Shown one piece after another: positions 1 to 11,058 of a DNA stretch of 64,000 bases (position 1 is its first letter; each line of letters begins with the position of its first letter). Source of the DNA: Candidatus Bathyarchaeota archaeon (GTDB taxonomy: Archaea > Thermoproteota > Bathyarchaeia > Bathyarchaeales > Bathycorpusculaceae); contig CAVYXJ010000011.1 in the NCBI GenBank assembly GCA_963772455.1, positions 32,001 through 96,000 on the forward strand, given 5' to 3'. Both the position numbers and the translations under genes were made by a program. The notes beneath the pieces were generated by a model. It searched no databases, had not been told where the DNA came from, and saw only the letters and a program-made list of their open reading frames with translations.

Positions 1-61
1 AATATAGAACCACAAAACCTCTAAACCAACCAACCCCCCATTCAAAAAAGGAGAAACAAAA

Positions 62-346
62 ATGCCTACAGCCTATATTCTTGTAAATACCGAAATCGGA
101 TCAGAAAAACATGTTCTTAAAGCCCTAAAAAAAATCGACGGCGTGCAAGAAGTTCATAACTTATGGGGTGTATACGACATCATTGTAAATGTCAAAGCTC
201 ACAACCTAGATGAACTAAAACACATAATAACCAACCGAATTGAAAAAATCGGAAAAATTACTTCAAAATTAACTATGATAATAAATGAAAAAAACCAAAA
301 TATAATTCAAGAACAAATTATTTTTGAAAACCCACTAATTCAATAA
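62..346 (+). CDS. Lrp/AsnC family ligand-binding (RAM) domain protein
   Basis: ORF 94 aa; AYILVN...GVQEVHNLWGVYDIIVNV pattern typical of stand-alone AsnC C-terminal domains; AGGAG upstream. Confidence 0.85.
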   Translation: MPTAYILVNTEIGSEKHVLKALKKIDGVQEVHNLWGVYDIIVNVKAHNLDELKHIITNRIEKIGKITSKLTMIINEKNQNIIQEQIIFENPLIQ

Positions 347-431
347 GATTGGTCCAAAAGTGTTTTAGGTTAACAACACTTTTTACCTTCCAACCTATTT
401 CTTTCTTTTAACTTGGAGAGAGCAGCCCCCA

Positions 432-1775
432 TTGACTCAACAGCAGACAATGCATATTGGTTTAGATGACACAGACTCGACGAAAGGAGGCTGCACAACT
501 TATTTAGCAGCGGTTTTAATTGAAAAATTAAAAAAATTCAATGTACAATTTGTAGATTATCCAGCTTTGATTAGACTCAATCCCAATGTGCCCTGGAAAA
601 CAAGAGGGAACGGAGCATTATGTCTAAGGTTCACATATCCAATAGAGTTTGAAGAACAAATAAAAAATATGGCAACGGAACTTTGGGAAAAATACTCCTC
701 CATCAAAGAGAGAGGTACTGATCCGGGAATAGTTTTCTACAAAAACAATAATATCCCAAACGAACTGCGTGCATTCGCAAAAAAAACCCAAACAACTATT
801 GTAACCCTTAAAGAAGCCATGGGGTTAATCAAAAAGTTAGGTGCTGAAGCGGCAGGATTTAACACTTGTCGAGGCATCATTGGCGCATTGGCGGCAATCG
901 GCGAAACCTTAGAAGAAGACTACACCTACGAGTTGATTGCTTACAGAAAACCAGAAAATGTAGGAACGAAAAGACAAGTTGATGAAGCATCAATTTTCGA
1001 GATGGACAAGTTAACATCACCATACACTTTCAACAATGTGGATTCTGAAAAGAAAAGGGTAATTATTACTCCACGAGGACCTGACCCAATTCTGTTCGGA
1101 ATAAGAGGAGAATCAGCAGAAATAGTAAAGAAAGCCTTTGAAATTGTTAAGCCTCTTGAACCTATTGAGCGATGGGCAATCTTCCGCAGTAACCAAGGCA
1201 CAGACGCCCACTTAAAACCCATTAAAGCCCTAATTGATCTTGAACCTTACAGCTCAATCATTGCTAAAGGCATTGTTTCCCAAAATCCCCGAGTCGTCCC
1301 ACTGCGCCATATCATCTTCTCAATTAAGGATGATACGGCTGAAGTGGATTGCGCTGCCTACGAGCCCACAGGTGACCTTCGAAAAATCGCACGAGAACTA
1401 GTTGTTGGCGACAAGGTTGAAGTTTACGGCGCCGTACACAAAGCAACCGCAACTAAACCATTAACAATTAATCTTGAAAAAATTAATATCATAAAGCTTA
1501 TGAACCAAGTAATATTTGAAAATCCACTTTGCCCTAACTGCGGTAAACACTTGAAATCAATGGGTAAAAATCAGGGTTTTCGATGTGAAAAATGCGGTTT
1601 CAAAAATGTTGAAATAAAAAAGACCACGTTGACTTTGACTAGACCCATCAAAGAATGTTTGTATTTTACTTCGACAAGATCGCAACGGCATCTGACTAAA
1701 CCTTCTCGACGATATGGACAAGAAAAGCACGATATTTCAAATTATAGAATGATTAGCGAATGGCATTATCCTTAG
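432..1775 (+). CDS. tiaS: tRNA(Ile2) 2-agmatinylcytidine synthetase
   Basis: IGLDDTDS..GGCTTY, RLNPNVPWKTRGNGA, PRGPDPILFGIRG, SNQGTDAHL, OB domain (AAYEPTG) and C-terminal Zn ribbon CPNC...CEKC. Confidence 0.95.
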   Translation: MTQQQTMHIGLDDTDSTKGGCTTYLAAVLIEKLKKFNVQFVDYPALIRLNPNVPWKTRGNGALCLRFTYPIEFEEQIKNMATELWEKYSSIKERGTDPGIVFYKNNNIPNELRAFAKKTQTTIVTLKEAMGLIKKLGAEAAGFNTCRGIIGALAAIGETLEEDYTYELIAYRKPENVGTKRQVDEASIFEMDKLTSPYTFNNVDSEKKRVIITPRGPDPILFGIRGESAEIVKKAFEIVKPLEPIERWAIFRSNQGTDAHLKPIKALIDLEPYSSIIAKGIVSQNPRVVPLRHIIFSIKDDTAEVDCAAYEPTGDLRKIARELVVGDKVEVYGAVHKATATKPLTINLEKINIIKLMNQVIFENPLCPNCGKHLKSMGKNQGFRCEKCGFKNVEIKKTTLTLTRPIKECLYFTSTRSQRHLTKPSRRYGQEKHDISNYRMISEWHYP

Positions 1776-2065
1776 CGCTAAGTTGCCAATGTTTTTAGTT
1801 TAAATTTTAAAAAGAAGCTTAAATTAGGATTTAAATTTGAGCAATGGGGAAAGGGATAAAAAGGCGCCATAACTATGTTATATTAGGAAAAAGCAAAACA
1901 GTCATCAATAATCTGGCACACCAGCCTCTCTTGCGATGAGCCAAGTGGATCAATATCGAACAGGTTTGGCGGAAATAGAAACTTTATGTATGCCAAAGGA
2001 AATCAACAAACAAAGAGACGCATCGATTTTTCCCTTGCTTGACCCAAAAGTTAGGAGAGTAAAAG

Positions 2066-2434
2066 ATGGCGAAAATCTCAACAATATTTAGAAAAGTAGG
2101 TTCATTAATTTTCACCAAACCAGCAACAGCTGGATATCCATTTACAAAGCCACAGGTACAAGATAGTTTTAGGGGGCAAATGCAACTTGATTATAAACTT
2201 TGCATTGGCTGTGGGATCTGCAAAAGAGACTGCCCAGGAAAAGCCGTAGATATGGTTGATTACTACGGAAAAAAACGTCCCCAATTCAGACTTGACAAAT
2301 GTCTCTTCTGCTACCAATGTGCTGAAAGCTGCCCAAAAAAAGCCATAAAGAAATCTTGCATCTACGAGTTAGCCACAACCGACAAATCTACATTAGTTAT
2401 GAAACCTAAACACGTCATTACATGCCAAGCATAA
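2066..2434 (+). CDS. 2x[4Fe-4S] protein, NuoI/EchF/HycF-like, stand-alone
   Basis: KPATAGYPF...FRG N-terminus, CIGCGICKRDCP and CLFCYQCAESCP motifs. Confidence 0.85.
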   Translation: MAKISTIFRKVGSLIFTKPATAGYPFTKPQVQDSFRGQMQLDYKLCIGCGICKRDCPGKAVDMVDYYGKKRPQFRLDKCLFCYQCAESCPKKAIKKSCIYELATTDKSTLVMKPKHVITCQA

Positions 2435-2726
2435 AAACAAGCAAAAAATGCTTGGCTTTTTTTAATCTTCTTTTTCTAAAAAAGGAATTTTCGTAATCTT
2501 TGATACGCCAAATCTGTTTTAGTATTGGTTGTAAAGAGGATTCAATGGTTTTTTGCGACTTTTTCTGGGAAATTCTCGTTAATTATCAGAATGTCGGATA
2601 TAACTGACTTGAAAAATAATACTATGACTGATTATCAAATACCAGAAAACCGCTGATAGCATTGAAATGATTTAAATCAATGAAAAACATAAAGCACTTT
2701 TACAACAAACAAAAATACACGGTCAA

Positions 2727-5549
2727 GTGGAGTGCCTGAAAACAGTGACTAAAACGTTTACAGAAGCAGATTATTCGCTACCATTCTTTAAACAAGAGGG
2801 TTTCGTTAGGAAGCTTTGTCCAAAATGCGGTGAACATTATTGGACTCAAGACGCTAAGCAAGAAACATGTGGTGAATCTGGTTCAGATGAATGCGGATGC
2901 TACACTTTTCTGGGCAATCCAGCTACAACCAAAAAATTCAGTCTATCCGAAATGCGGGAAGCGTTTCTCTCGTTCTTTGAAAAGAATGGCCACACACGGA
3001 TTAAGCCCTATCCTGTTGTGGCGCGTTGGAGAAAAGATATTTACTTAACACATGCAAGTATTATTGATTTTCAACCATACGTCACTGAAGGGATTGCACC
3101 GCCACCAGCAAACCCACTAGTAATCTCTCAACCATGTATCAGATTAACAGATATTTCAAACACAGGACCCACATTTGGTAGGCACTTAACTATATTTGAA
3201 ATGGGTGGAGCACACGCCTTTAACTATCCAGATAAAGAGATTTATTGGAAAGACGACACCGTTCGTTTCCATCATCGTTTTGCAACTGAATGTCTTGGCA
3301 TAAAATCTGAAGAAGTAATCTACAAAGAAGGCGTTTGGGTGGGCGGAGGAAATGCTGGTCCAGATGTAGAATGCATCTGCCGCGGCTTAGAAGTGGGCAC
3401 GCTTGTGTTTATGCAATACAAAGTTGTCGGTGATGACTTCGTCGAGTTACCTATCCGCACAGTAGATACGGGTTATGGCATTGACCGCTTTACTTGGATA
3501 AGCCAAGGTGTGCCAAGCCTATTCCAAGCAATTTACGGCAATTTGCTCGACAAGGTCATGTCAATGGCTGGAATAACCAATGTTGACAATGATTTTCTGA
3601 CCAAGGTAGCAAAGTATTCAGGCTTAGTGAGCGTTGACAAGAGAGCAAACAGACTTGTTGCCCGCAAACGTGTCTCAGAGCTCACAGGCATCGACTTAGC
3701 AACACTCGACAAAGAACTCATCCCAATAGAAAACACTTGGGCAGTAACCGACCACACCAAAACATTAAGTTTCATGCTCAGCGAAGGAGTTGTGCCATCT
3801 AACATACAAGAAGGATACTTGGCAAGACTACTTTTCAGAAGAGTTTACCGTTTAATGCGTACCCTAAACATTGAGCCAGCCAAACTCTATGATATCATTG
3901 ACATGCAAGCGAATTATTGGGGAAAAGATTTTCCACGCATAAAAGAAATGCAAAACGAAATTATCGAAATGCTAAAAGTCGAAGAGGAAAAGTTTGTTGA
4001 AACCCTCAAACGCGGCGAAGGCATGGTTAAGCGAATTGCAGCTGAATTAAAAACCAAAGGCACTGGCAAACTGCCCATGGACACATTAACAGAGCTTTAT
4101 GATTCGCATGGTCTTCCCCCAGAAATAGTTAAACAAGCTGCCGAGAAAGAAGGCGTGGAAGTGGAAGTTCCGGAAAATTTCTATGCATTAATTGCTAATC
4201 GCCATATGCAAGCACCAAAACCTGTTGAAGAAGAAGAGGCAAAGGCTGAACAAACGCTAACGAAGGCAGCAGAGAAGTTACCCGCAACTGAAATGCTTTA
4301 TTACTCGGACGTTTACCAAAAGGAATTCAACGCTAAAGTTCTCAAAATTATAAACGGAACATTTGTGGTATTAGATCAGAGTTGCATGTACCCCGAAGGC
4401 GGAGGACAACCAACTGACCTTGGCTGGTTAATTAGCGGTGAAAAGAAAAACGAAGTGATTGATGTCCAGAAAATCGGCAAAGTAATAGTACACAAGCTTA
4501 AAGATCCAGCAACTTTCAATGAAGGAAGCATTGTTCACGGTGTACTAGATTGGGAAAGGCGATACTTGCTCATGAAGGCTCACACAGTCACTCACCTTAT
4601 CAATGGAGCTGCAAGAAGGGTGTTGGGCGAGCACGTTTGGCAATCCGGTACCCAAAAAGGCTTAGAAACATCGAGACTTGACATTTCGCATTATCGACGA
4701 CTTAGCCAAGATGAAATTCATAAAATCGAAACTCTTGCAAACCAAGCCATTGGCGCCAACATGAAAGTTGAAACCACATGGCTTCCACGCAACGAAGCAG
4801 AATCTCGTTATGGTTTTAGACTCTATCAAGGTGGAGCAGTTCCAGGCAAAGATATCCGTGTTGTTAAAACTGGTGATTGGGATGTTGAGGCATGCGCTGG
4901 AACCCATTTGGGAAATACAGGCGAAGTGGGCTTTGTCAAAATCGTTTACACGGAACGCGTGCAGGATGGCGTTGAACGTTTAGGTTACGCAATTGGATTA
5001 AAAGCGTTAAAAGCTATGCAAAATCAAGAAGATTTACTGCAGAAGGTTTCTGAAGCTTTAACTGCTCCAATCGATAAACTTGACAAGACCGCTGAGAAAG
5101 TTGTTAAGGAACTCAAGGAAGCCAATGTAGAGAAACGTCGCTTAATCAAGGAGCTTGCATCAAAAGAAAGTGCAGTTGGTCAAACTCAAAACAACGAAAA
5201 TAACTTGGACATAGATGGAATAACTATCATCAAAAGAGACTTTGGTGAAGTAATCGACATTGATAGAATGCTCAGAACTGCAAGTGAAATAATAAAACAT
5301 AATGAGGCTACCGTTACAATATTTTATGGATCAGACAATAAAACATGCAAACTAATGGTAATGGCTGGGGAAATTGCAGTGAAAAAAGGTGTCAACGCAG
5401 GTAGCATCGTTAAAGAGGCTGCACCTGTTTTCGGCGGCGGAGGCGGTGGAAGACCAAGTTTTGCACAAGGCGGAGGAACAAAACCCGAAAAAATAGCAGA
5501 AGCGGTACAAACAGCGCAGGAATCAGTCAAGAAACAACTGAAACATTAG
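2727..5549 (+). CDS. alaS: Alanyl-tRNA synthetase, archaeal type
   Basis: YPVVARWRKD, ASIIDFQP, SQPCIR, VDTGYGIDR, editing HTVTH...ACAGTH, C-Ala GGGGG..FAQGGG; exact start may be a few codons downstream. Confidence 0.97.
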   Translation: MECLKTVTKTFTEADYSLPFFKQEGFVRKLCPKCGEHYWTQDAKQETCGESGSDECGCYTFLGNPATTKKFSLSEMREAFLSFFEKNGHTRIKPYPVVARWRKDIYLTHASIIDFQPYVTEGIAPPPANPLVISQPCIRLTDISNTGPTFGRHLTIFEMGGAHAFNYPDKEIYWKDDTVRFHHRFATECLGIKSEEVIYKEGVWVGGGNAGPDVECICRGLEVGTLVFMQYKVVGDDFVELPIRTVDTGYGIDRFTWISQGVPSLFQAIYGNLLDKVMSMAGITNVDNDFLTKVAKYSGLVSVDKRANRLVARKRVSELTGIDLATLDKELIPIENTWAVTDHTKTLSFMLSEGVVPSNIQEGYLARLLFRRVYRLMRTLNIEPAKLYDIIDMQANYWGKDFPRIKEMQNEIIEMLKVEEEKFVETLKRGEGMVKRIAAELKTKGTGKLPMDTLTELYDSHGLPPEIVKQAAEKEGVEVEVPENFYALIANRHMQAPKPVEEEEAKAEQTLTKAAEKLPATEMLYYSDVYQKEFNAKVLKIINGTFVVLDQSCMYPEGGGQPTDLGWLISGEKKNEVIDVQKIGKVIVHKLKDPATFNEGSIVHGVLDWERRYLLMKAHTVTHLINGAARRVLGEHVWQSGTQKGLETSRLDISHYRRLSQDEIHKIETLANQAIGANMKVETTWLPRNEAESRYGFRLYQGGAVPGKDIRVVKTGDWDVEACAGTHLGNTGEVGFVKIVYTERVQDGVERLGYAIGLKALKAMQNQEDLLQKVSEALTAPIDKLDKTAEKVVKELKEANVEKRRLIKELASKESAVGQTQNNENNLDIDGITIIKRDFGEVIDIDRMLRTASEIIKHNEATVTIFYGSDNKTCKLMVMAGEIAVKKGVNAGSIVKEAAPVFGGGGGGRPSFAQGGGTKPEKIAEAVQTAQESVKKQLKH

Positions 5550-5669
5550 ATTTTCTCGCAAAATATATCAAACCTAATATGGAAACATTGACAGAGCAAA
5601 AACATTACCCGAGACACCAATTTTATATACTGACCAAACGTTTACCGTTTAATCAACGGTGCAAATAGT

Positions 5670-6002
5670 ATGGACGAATTCAAAATTGTAATTATTGCAG
5701 CCATACTAGTTACTCTCGCAACTTTAGTAACCATAATCTACATTTCTGAAGATGCAATAAACAACGCGAAAATACCTGACGTTGAAAGAGGATTGGTAAG
5801 TTCAAAAGCCCTTGTTTCAGACAATCGCCCTGCGAATTATTCTGTTAACCTCTCAAGTGGTCAAAAATTGTATATTCTTAATAATGCTACGCTCTATGAC
5901 AGCTTAGTCATTAACCAAAGTTACGCTTTTGAGTGTCGCCTTGACTTCAACAACAAAATGACAATTATCGACCGCGCAACATTAATTATTCCTACTAATT
6001 GA
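5670..6002 (+). CDS. Hypothetical protein with N-terminal TM/signal anchor
   Basis: 110-aa ORF, hydrophobic N-terminus, beta-rich remainder. Confidence 0.65.
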   Translation: MDEFKIVIIAAILVTLATLVTIIYISEDAINNAKIPDVERGLVSSKALVSDNRPANYSVNLSSGQKLYILNNATLYDSLVINQSYAFECRLDFNNKMTIIDRATLIIPTN

Positions 6003-6074
6003 CCACTATAAGTTACTTTATCAATACTAACAGAATTTTTAGCTTGTGGTATTAATTTCTAATTTTGAGACACA

Positions 6075-6140
6075 AAATATATAAACACGAATGCACACCT
6101 GTGCTTCAGGTGAAGCGTGCAACAGCACGTTAGCACTGGT
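6075..6140 (+). promoter_or_regulatory. TATA-like box followed by three abutting inverted repeats (candidate operator or structured leader)
   Basis: AAATATATAAA about 6074-6085; GCACA-CC-TGTGC 6093-6104; GCTTCA-GG-TGAAGC 6103-6116; CGTGC-AACA-GCACG 6116-6129. Confidence 0.5.
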
Positions 6141-6146
6141 GAACAT

Positions 6147-6548
6147 ATGAGAAGAAGCCTAACAGTAACTCCTGAAAACGACAAAAAAATCCTACTAACA
6201 AAGGGACGATTCCTAACTGGAGACTCACCCTTCGACATCGACTACACTACATTAGTCAACATATTCATAGAACTAGGCCACAAACTAATGACAACAGCAT
6301 GGAACGACAACAACACCCACAACACCAACGTCACAATAGACAAAAAAGAGATCGTGGAATCCTTCAAAAAGCACGCTTTTAGCTCCGAACTCAAAGAAGA
6401 ATCAATAGGGGACCAAGTGACAGAAATAATCTTCAGAAAGCTAGTCGAACAATCAGGTCTAGCATCAAACGAGCAACACCCTACCGCTGCATTGCCTGTT
6501 GAACAACCAAACCAATCAGACACAAAAAACCAAAAATACATCTCATAG
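6147..6548 (+). CDS. Hypothetical protein with ribbon-helix-helix-like N-terminus, first gene of the grpE-dnaK operon
   Basis: ATG at 6147 preceded by GGTGA (ORF track starts at 6117); MRRSLTVTPENDKKI...YTTLVNIFIELG has a strand-helix-helix pattern. Confidence 0.65.
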   Translation: MRRSLTVTPENDKKILLTKGRFLTGDSPFDIDYTTLVNIFIELGHKLMTTAWNDNNTHNTNVTIDKKEIVESFKKHAFSSELKEESIGDQVTEIIFRKLVEQSGLASNEQHPTAALPVEQPNQSDTKNQKYIS

Positions 6549-6576
6549 AGTTAAAACTAAGAAGGACAAATCCAAA

Positions 6577-7119
6577 ATGGTTGACGAACAAGAATCTAAC
6601 CCAGATAATTTTGAAGTACGCCTTGAATGCGAAAAAAAACGTTCCGAAGATTACCTGACTAGGCTAAAGTATTTACAAGCAGATTTCGAAAACTTTAAGA
6701 AACGCAACGATCGAGAAGCGGAGCAAATAAAAAACTATGGCAACGAACGGTTAGTAATCCAACTATTAGATGTTGTTGACGAACTGGAATTAGCAATTAA
6801 GAACGGCGAAATCTCAACGTCACCTGAATCCTTGATAGAAGGTGTTGAATTGACTTTAAAGAAGCTAAGAAAAGTTCTTGAGCAAGAAGGAGTAACACCA
6901 ATAGAAAACCCTGAAGGGAAAGTTTTGGATCCCTCACGTCATAACGCTATTGCCGTTGTAGAGCGAGATGATGTAACGGACTCTACAGTAATTGAAGAAA
7001 TAAGAAAAGGATATATTATGAAAGGAAAGGTCATTCGACCAACAATTGTCAAGGTAGCTGTTAAACCAAAAAATAATAAAAATCAAAGTAACCAAACGGA
7101 GGAAAAAAATAATGAGTAA
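6577..7119 (+). CDS. grpE: Nucleotide exchange factor GrpE
   Basis: [48 protein letters not shown]; likely ATG at 6577 inside ORF 6499..7119. Confidence 0.95.
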   Translation: MVDEQESNPDNFEVRLECEKKRSEDYLTRLKYLQADFENFKKRNDREAEQIKNYGNERLVIQLLDVVDELELAIKNGEISTSPESLIEGVELTLKKLRKVLEQEGVTPIENPEGKVLDPSRHNAIAVVERDDVTDSTVIEEIRKGYIMKGKVIRPTIVKVAVKPKNNKNQSNQTEEKNNE

Positions 7120-9037
7120 TCAAAAAACAAATGAAAAAGTATTAGGAATAGATTTAGGAACAACCAATTCAGCAGCCGCCATCTATGAAGGCGGACATTC
7201 CACTGTAATCCCAAGCGCTGAAGGCCCAACTATGGCGGGAAAAATGTTTCCATCAGTTGTCGCCTTCACAAAAGATGGGCAGCTTCTAGTTGGAGAATCG
7301 GCAAAACGCCAAGCAACTACCAACAGTGAAGGAACCATTTTTGAAATAAAACGCAAAATGGGCACAGACTACAAAGTCAACATTTATGGAAAAGATTATA
7401 GTCCACAACAGATTTCAGCGTTCATTCTGCAGAAAATAAAGAAAGACGCCGAAACCTATCTTGGTGGATCCATAAGCAAAGCCGTAATTACGGTTCCAGC
7501 TCACTTCAACGACAACCAACGCCAAGCCACCAAAGATGCAGGTGAAATCGCAGGATTCCAAGTCATGCGTATTATCAATGAACCCACCGCGGCATGTCTT
7601 GCATACGGCATAGACAAAGTACAACAAGAAATGAAGATTCTCGTGTTCAGCTTCGGCGGAGGAACCCACGATGTGACTGTGATGGACTTTGGCAAAGGAG
7701 TCTTCCAAGTGCTCAGCACTAGCGGCGATACCCAATTAGGCGGAACAGATGTTGACAAAGCAGTAATGGACTATATTGTAGGCGAGTTCAAACGCCAAAC
7801 AGGCATAGAAGTTAGCGGCGACAAGATGGCAATGGCACGACTGAAAGAAGCTGCGGAAAAAGCAAAAATCGAACTCTCAACTCTAATGAGCACCGACATT
7901 GACCTACCATTCCTAACTGCAGATGCATCAGGACCAAAACACTTAAAATTATCATTAACCCGAACAAAACTGGAATCTTTAGCTCAACCCGTCGTTCAAA
8001 AAACCCAACGCACTCTAGAAAAAGCATTAGAGGACGCAAAATTGACGCCCCAAGGGATCGACAAAATAATTCTAATTGGCGGCATGACCAGAATGCCTCT
8101 AGTTCAGCGGTTCGTGGAGCAAATCTTGGGCAAAGCGCCAGAACGCGGAATTGACCCCATGGAAAGCGTTGCCATAGGTGCAGCAATCCAGGGCGCAGTC
8201 GTTTCTGGGGAAGTTACCGACCTTCTGTTACTTGATGTCACACCCTTATCGTTAGGGCTTGAGACTATGGGCGGCGTCATGACAAAAGTCATGGATAAAA
8301 ACACAACGATTCCAACAAAACGCAGCCAAGTCTTCACCACCGCTGCAGATTTCCAAACCGCGGTAACTATCCACGTACTCCAAGGCGAAAGACCAATGGC
8401 AGCAAACAATGTATCACTGGGCGAATTCAACTTAGTCGATTTGCCACCAGCGCCACGCGGGGTACCCCAAATAGAAGTGACCTTCGACATAGATGCAAAC
8501 GGAATACTAAACGTAACCGCCAAAGACCGAGCCACAGGAAAACAATCTAAAATTACTATATCAGCATCCACAAAATTGTCAAAAGAAGAGAAAGAAAAAC
8601 TAATCAAAGATGCAGAACAATTTGCCGAGCAAGACCGAAAAACTAAAGAAGACGCCGAAACACGCAACACCGCCGATAGCATGGTCTACACAGCTGAACG
8701 CACCAAATCTGACCTTGCAGGTAAACTCTCAACTGAAGAAACAGCTAAAATCGACACTGCAATTAACGAAGTCAAAAATGCGTTAGCAAGCAACGACATG
8801 GTACAAGTCAAAGCAAAATCTGATGCTCTACAAAAGGTTCTCCAAGAAGTAGGTACCAAAGTCTACCAACAAGCAGCAGCCGAAGCAGCTAAACAACAAG
8901 GACAACAGCCAGGCGATCAACAAGCAGGTCCACAAGGAGCGGGACCAGAAATGCCTCCAAGCGGCGGACCAGGACCTGAAGAGCAAGGTCCAGGCGAAGA
9001 AAAAGTAGTCGATTCCGAAGACTATAAGGTAAAATAA
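7112..9037 (+). CDS. dnaK: Chaperone DnaK (Hsp70)
   Basis: [62 protein letters not shown]. Confidence 0.98.
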   Translation: MSNQKTNEKVLGIDLGTTNSAAAIYEGGHSTVIPSAEGPTMAGKMFPSVVAFTKDGQLLVGESAKRQATTNSEGTIFEIKRKMGTDYKVNIYGKDYSPQQISAFILQKIKKDAETYLGGSISKAVITVPAHFNDNQRQATKDAGEIAGFQVMRIINEPTAACLAYGIDKVQQEMKILVFSFGGGTHDVTVMDFGKGVFQVLSTSGDTQLGGTDVDKAVMDYIVGEFKRQTGIEVSGDKMAMARLKEAAEKAKIELSTLMSTDIDLPFLTADASGPKHLKLSLTRTKLESLAQPVVQKTQRTLEKALEDAKLTPQGIDKIILIGGMTRMPLVQRFVEQILGKAPERGIDPMESVAIGAAIQGAVVSGEVTDLLLLDVTPLSLGLETMGGVMTKVMDKNTTIPTKRSQVFTTAADFQTAVTIHVLQGERPMAANNVSLGEFNLVDLPPAPRGVPQIEVTFDIDANGILNVTAKDRATGKQSKITISASTKLSKEEKEKLIKDAEQFAEQDRKTKEDAETRNTADSMVYTAERTKSDLAGKLSTEETAKIDTAINEVKNALASNDMVQVKAKSDALQKVLQEVGTKVYQQAAAEAAKQQGQQPGDQQAGPQGAGPEMPPSGGPGPEEQGPGEEKVVDSEDYKVK

Positions 9038-9045
9038 AAACCAAA

Positions 9046-9070
9046 CTTTTCCTTTTTGTTTCAATTTTTT
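9046..9070 (+). terminator. Oligo-T archaeal terminator after dnaK
   Basis: CTTTTCCTTTTTGTTTCAATTTTTT directly after the stop codon. Confidence 0.45.
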
Positions 9071-9229
9071 AAAAAAAACTAAATTGCATTACAAATATAT
9101 CCACAAAATCAGTTTACAAAAAACCCTTCAACCCAAAAAAACAAGTGGAAAAAGGGGAAATGGTATAAAAGGCAGACTTGAGCATCCTATAAAAGACGTT
9201 AATAAAAATTTAATTTAGCGGTAAAACCA

Positions 9230-10348
9230 ATGGCTGAAAAACGAGATTATTATGAAGTTCTTAGCGTACAAAAAGGCGCATCCAAAGACGAAATCAAGGA
9301 CTCCTACCGTAAGTTAGCGATGCAATTTCATCCAGATCGCAACAAGGAGGCAGGAGCCGAAGAGAAATTCAAAGAAATCTCTGAAGCATATGCTGTTCTT
9401 AGCGACGACCAAAAACGACAACAATACGATCAGCTTGGCCATTCAGGTTTTGATCAAAGATATAAACAGGAAGATATTTTCCGAGGAGCAGACTTCGACT
9501 CTGTTTTCAGAGATATGGGTTTCGGAGATGTATTTCGAAGCATATTTGGTGGAGGCGGAGGCTTTGGCGGTTTTGGAGAAGAGCGCAACCGCGGACAGGA
9601 TCTCGCTTACAACCTTGAAATTACCCTCGAAGAAGCTGCCAGAGGTACCGAAAAAGAAATTGAAATCCCAAGGACCGAAAGATGCGAAGTATGCAATGGC
9701 TCTGGAGCAAATCCTGGCACTTCAGCTAAAATATGTCCGCGGTGTGGTGGCGAAGGTAAGATTCAGAACATGCGTAAAGCAGGCTTCGCTATGTACGTCC
9801 AAGTTACTGTTTGTCCATTGTGCAAAGGAAAAGGTAGACTAATAGAATCTCCATGCAACAACTGTCATGGCTCGGGATTAGTTCGAAGAAGACGCAAAAT
9901 CACCGTTAAAGTGCCTATGGGCATAGATGAGGGAACCCAACTTAGGCTACGAGGAGAAGGCGAAATGGCAGCTAACGACGGCGAACCAGGAGACCTCTAT
10001 GTTGTGGTTCACGTCAAGCAGAACCCCCAGTTTATGAGAGAAGGAGACGACCTCTGGCATGTAGCTTTCATCAATTACCCACAAGCTGCACTAGGCGCAG
10101 AAATTTCAATACCAACCTTAGATGGACCAACAACAATTAAGATCCATCCTGGAACGCAACCAGGCGAAACTATAACGATTAGAGGAAAAGGAATGCCAAG
10201 ATTCAGGGGTTACGGTAGAGGAGATTTACATGTACGCATAGGAGTTTCAGTTCCCGAGAAACTTACTGGTCCACAGAAAATACTTTTAGAACAATTAGCC
10301 AAAGAACTAGGTACAGATGTCTCAAAGAGCCATAAGTTCCGGCTGTAA
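9230..10348 (+). CDS. dnaJ: Chaperone DnaJ
   Basis: J domain with HPD, G/F region, four CxxCxGxG repeats, C-terminal domain. Confidence 0.97.
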   Translation: MAEKRDYYEVLSVQKGASKDEIKDSYRKLAMQFHPDRNKEAGAEEKFKEISEAYAVLSDDQKRQQYDQLGHSGFDQRYKQEDIFRGADFDSVFRDMGFGDVFRSIFGGGGGFGGFGEERNRGQDLAYNLEITLEEAARGTEKEIEIPRTERCEVCNGSGANPGTSAKICPRCGGEGKIQNMRKAGFAMYVQVTVCPLCKGKGRLIESPCNNCHGSGLVRRRRKITVKVPMGIDEGTQLRLRGEGEMAANDGEPGDLYVVVHVKQNPQFMREGDDLWHVAFINYPQAALGAEISIPTLDGPTTIKIHPGTQPGETITIRGKGMPRFRGYGRGDLHVRIGVSVPEKLTGPQKILLEQLAKELGTDVSKSHKFRL

Positions 10349-10455
10349 TTTCCATTTTTTCAATAAAAGTACCCCACCATATCGACGCCAACAATAAATA
10401 TTTAAACCATAATCAACAAATACAGATTAACTAAACTTTTAGGAGAAAGAAAAAA

Positions 10456-10875
10456 ATGGCAATTGACATAGCTTCTACATTAATTGGGCTTTTAGTTTCA
10501 ATCATTGTAATGGTTATCTTTGCAATGCCAGCGCTTTGGATTTCAGGAAGACTTTTAGCAGGCAAACAAAATGCAAAATTCACAGATGCTTTATGGATTG
10601 TCATATTAGGCGCAGTAATTTTCTACTTTTTCAACTTCTTCCTTACCGACATACTCTCAGGATTCACTACAATAATATCCTATATCGTATTGCTCATCAT
10701 TTGGTTAGGATTGGTAAAACACTTCTTTGACTGCGGATGGCTCAAGGCTTTGGCAATAAGCATCATAACAATTATAATCGCAATAATCTTCATGATAATC
10801 ATTGCATTCGTGCTGGCAATAATAGGGATCGGTGCAGGCTGGATTCCTATACCACAACAAATCAATAGTTTCTAA
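10456..10875 (+). CDS. Hypothetical 4-TM membrane protein
   Basis: 139 aa, four hydrophobic segments, KHFFDCGWLKAL loop; AGGAG upstream. Confidence 0.8.
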   Translation: MAIDIASTLIGLLVSIIVMVIFAMPALWISGRLLAGKQNAKFTDALWIVILGAVIFYFFNFFLTDILSGFTTIISYIVLLIIWLGLVKHFFDCGWLKALAISIITIIIAIIFMIIIAFVLAIIGIGAGWIPIPQQINSF

Positions 10876-11058
10876 AAACAATCTCCTTCTTTATTTTTTT
10901 AGATTTTTATATTGATTACGATTAGAAAATGAATAATATCGAGCTAACGCTTAATCAAAGTAAAATTTCAATCAGTTAGCCAACGTGATAAAAAAGATAA
11001 ATTCAACTTTAAGAAAAATCATTTTACAAAAAATAAAAAAAGAAAGATTGATTATGGT

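Noticed and set aside
1860-2060. Riboswitch upstream of the NuoI-like gene
   Set aside because: No consistent nested pairing or known aptamer consensus found by eye.
6130-6156. TTAGCACT resembling a CIRCE element upstream of the dnaK operon
   Set aside because: Only the left arm is present; the position of GAGTGCTAA reads TGAGAAGAA, and there is no hrcA in the window.
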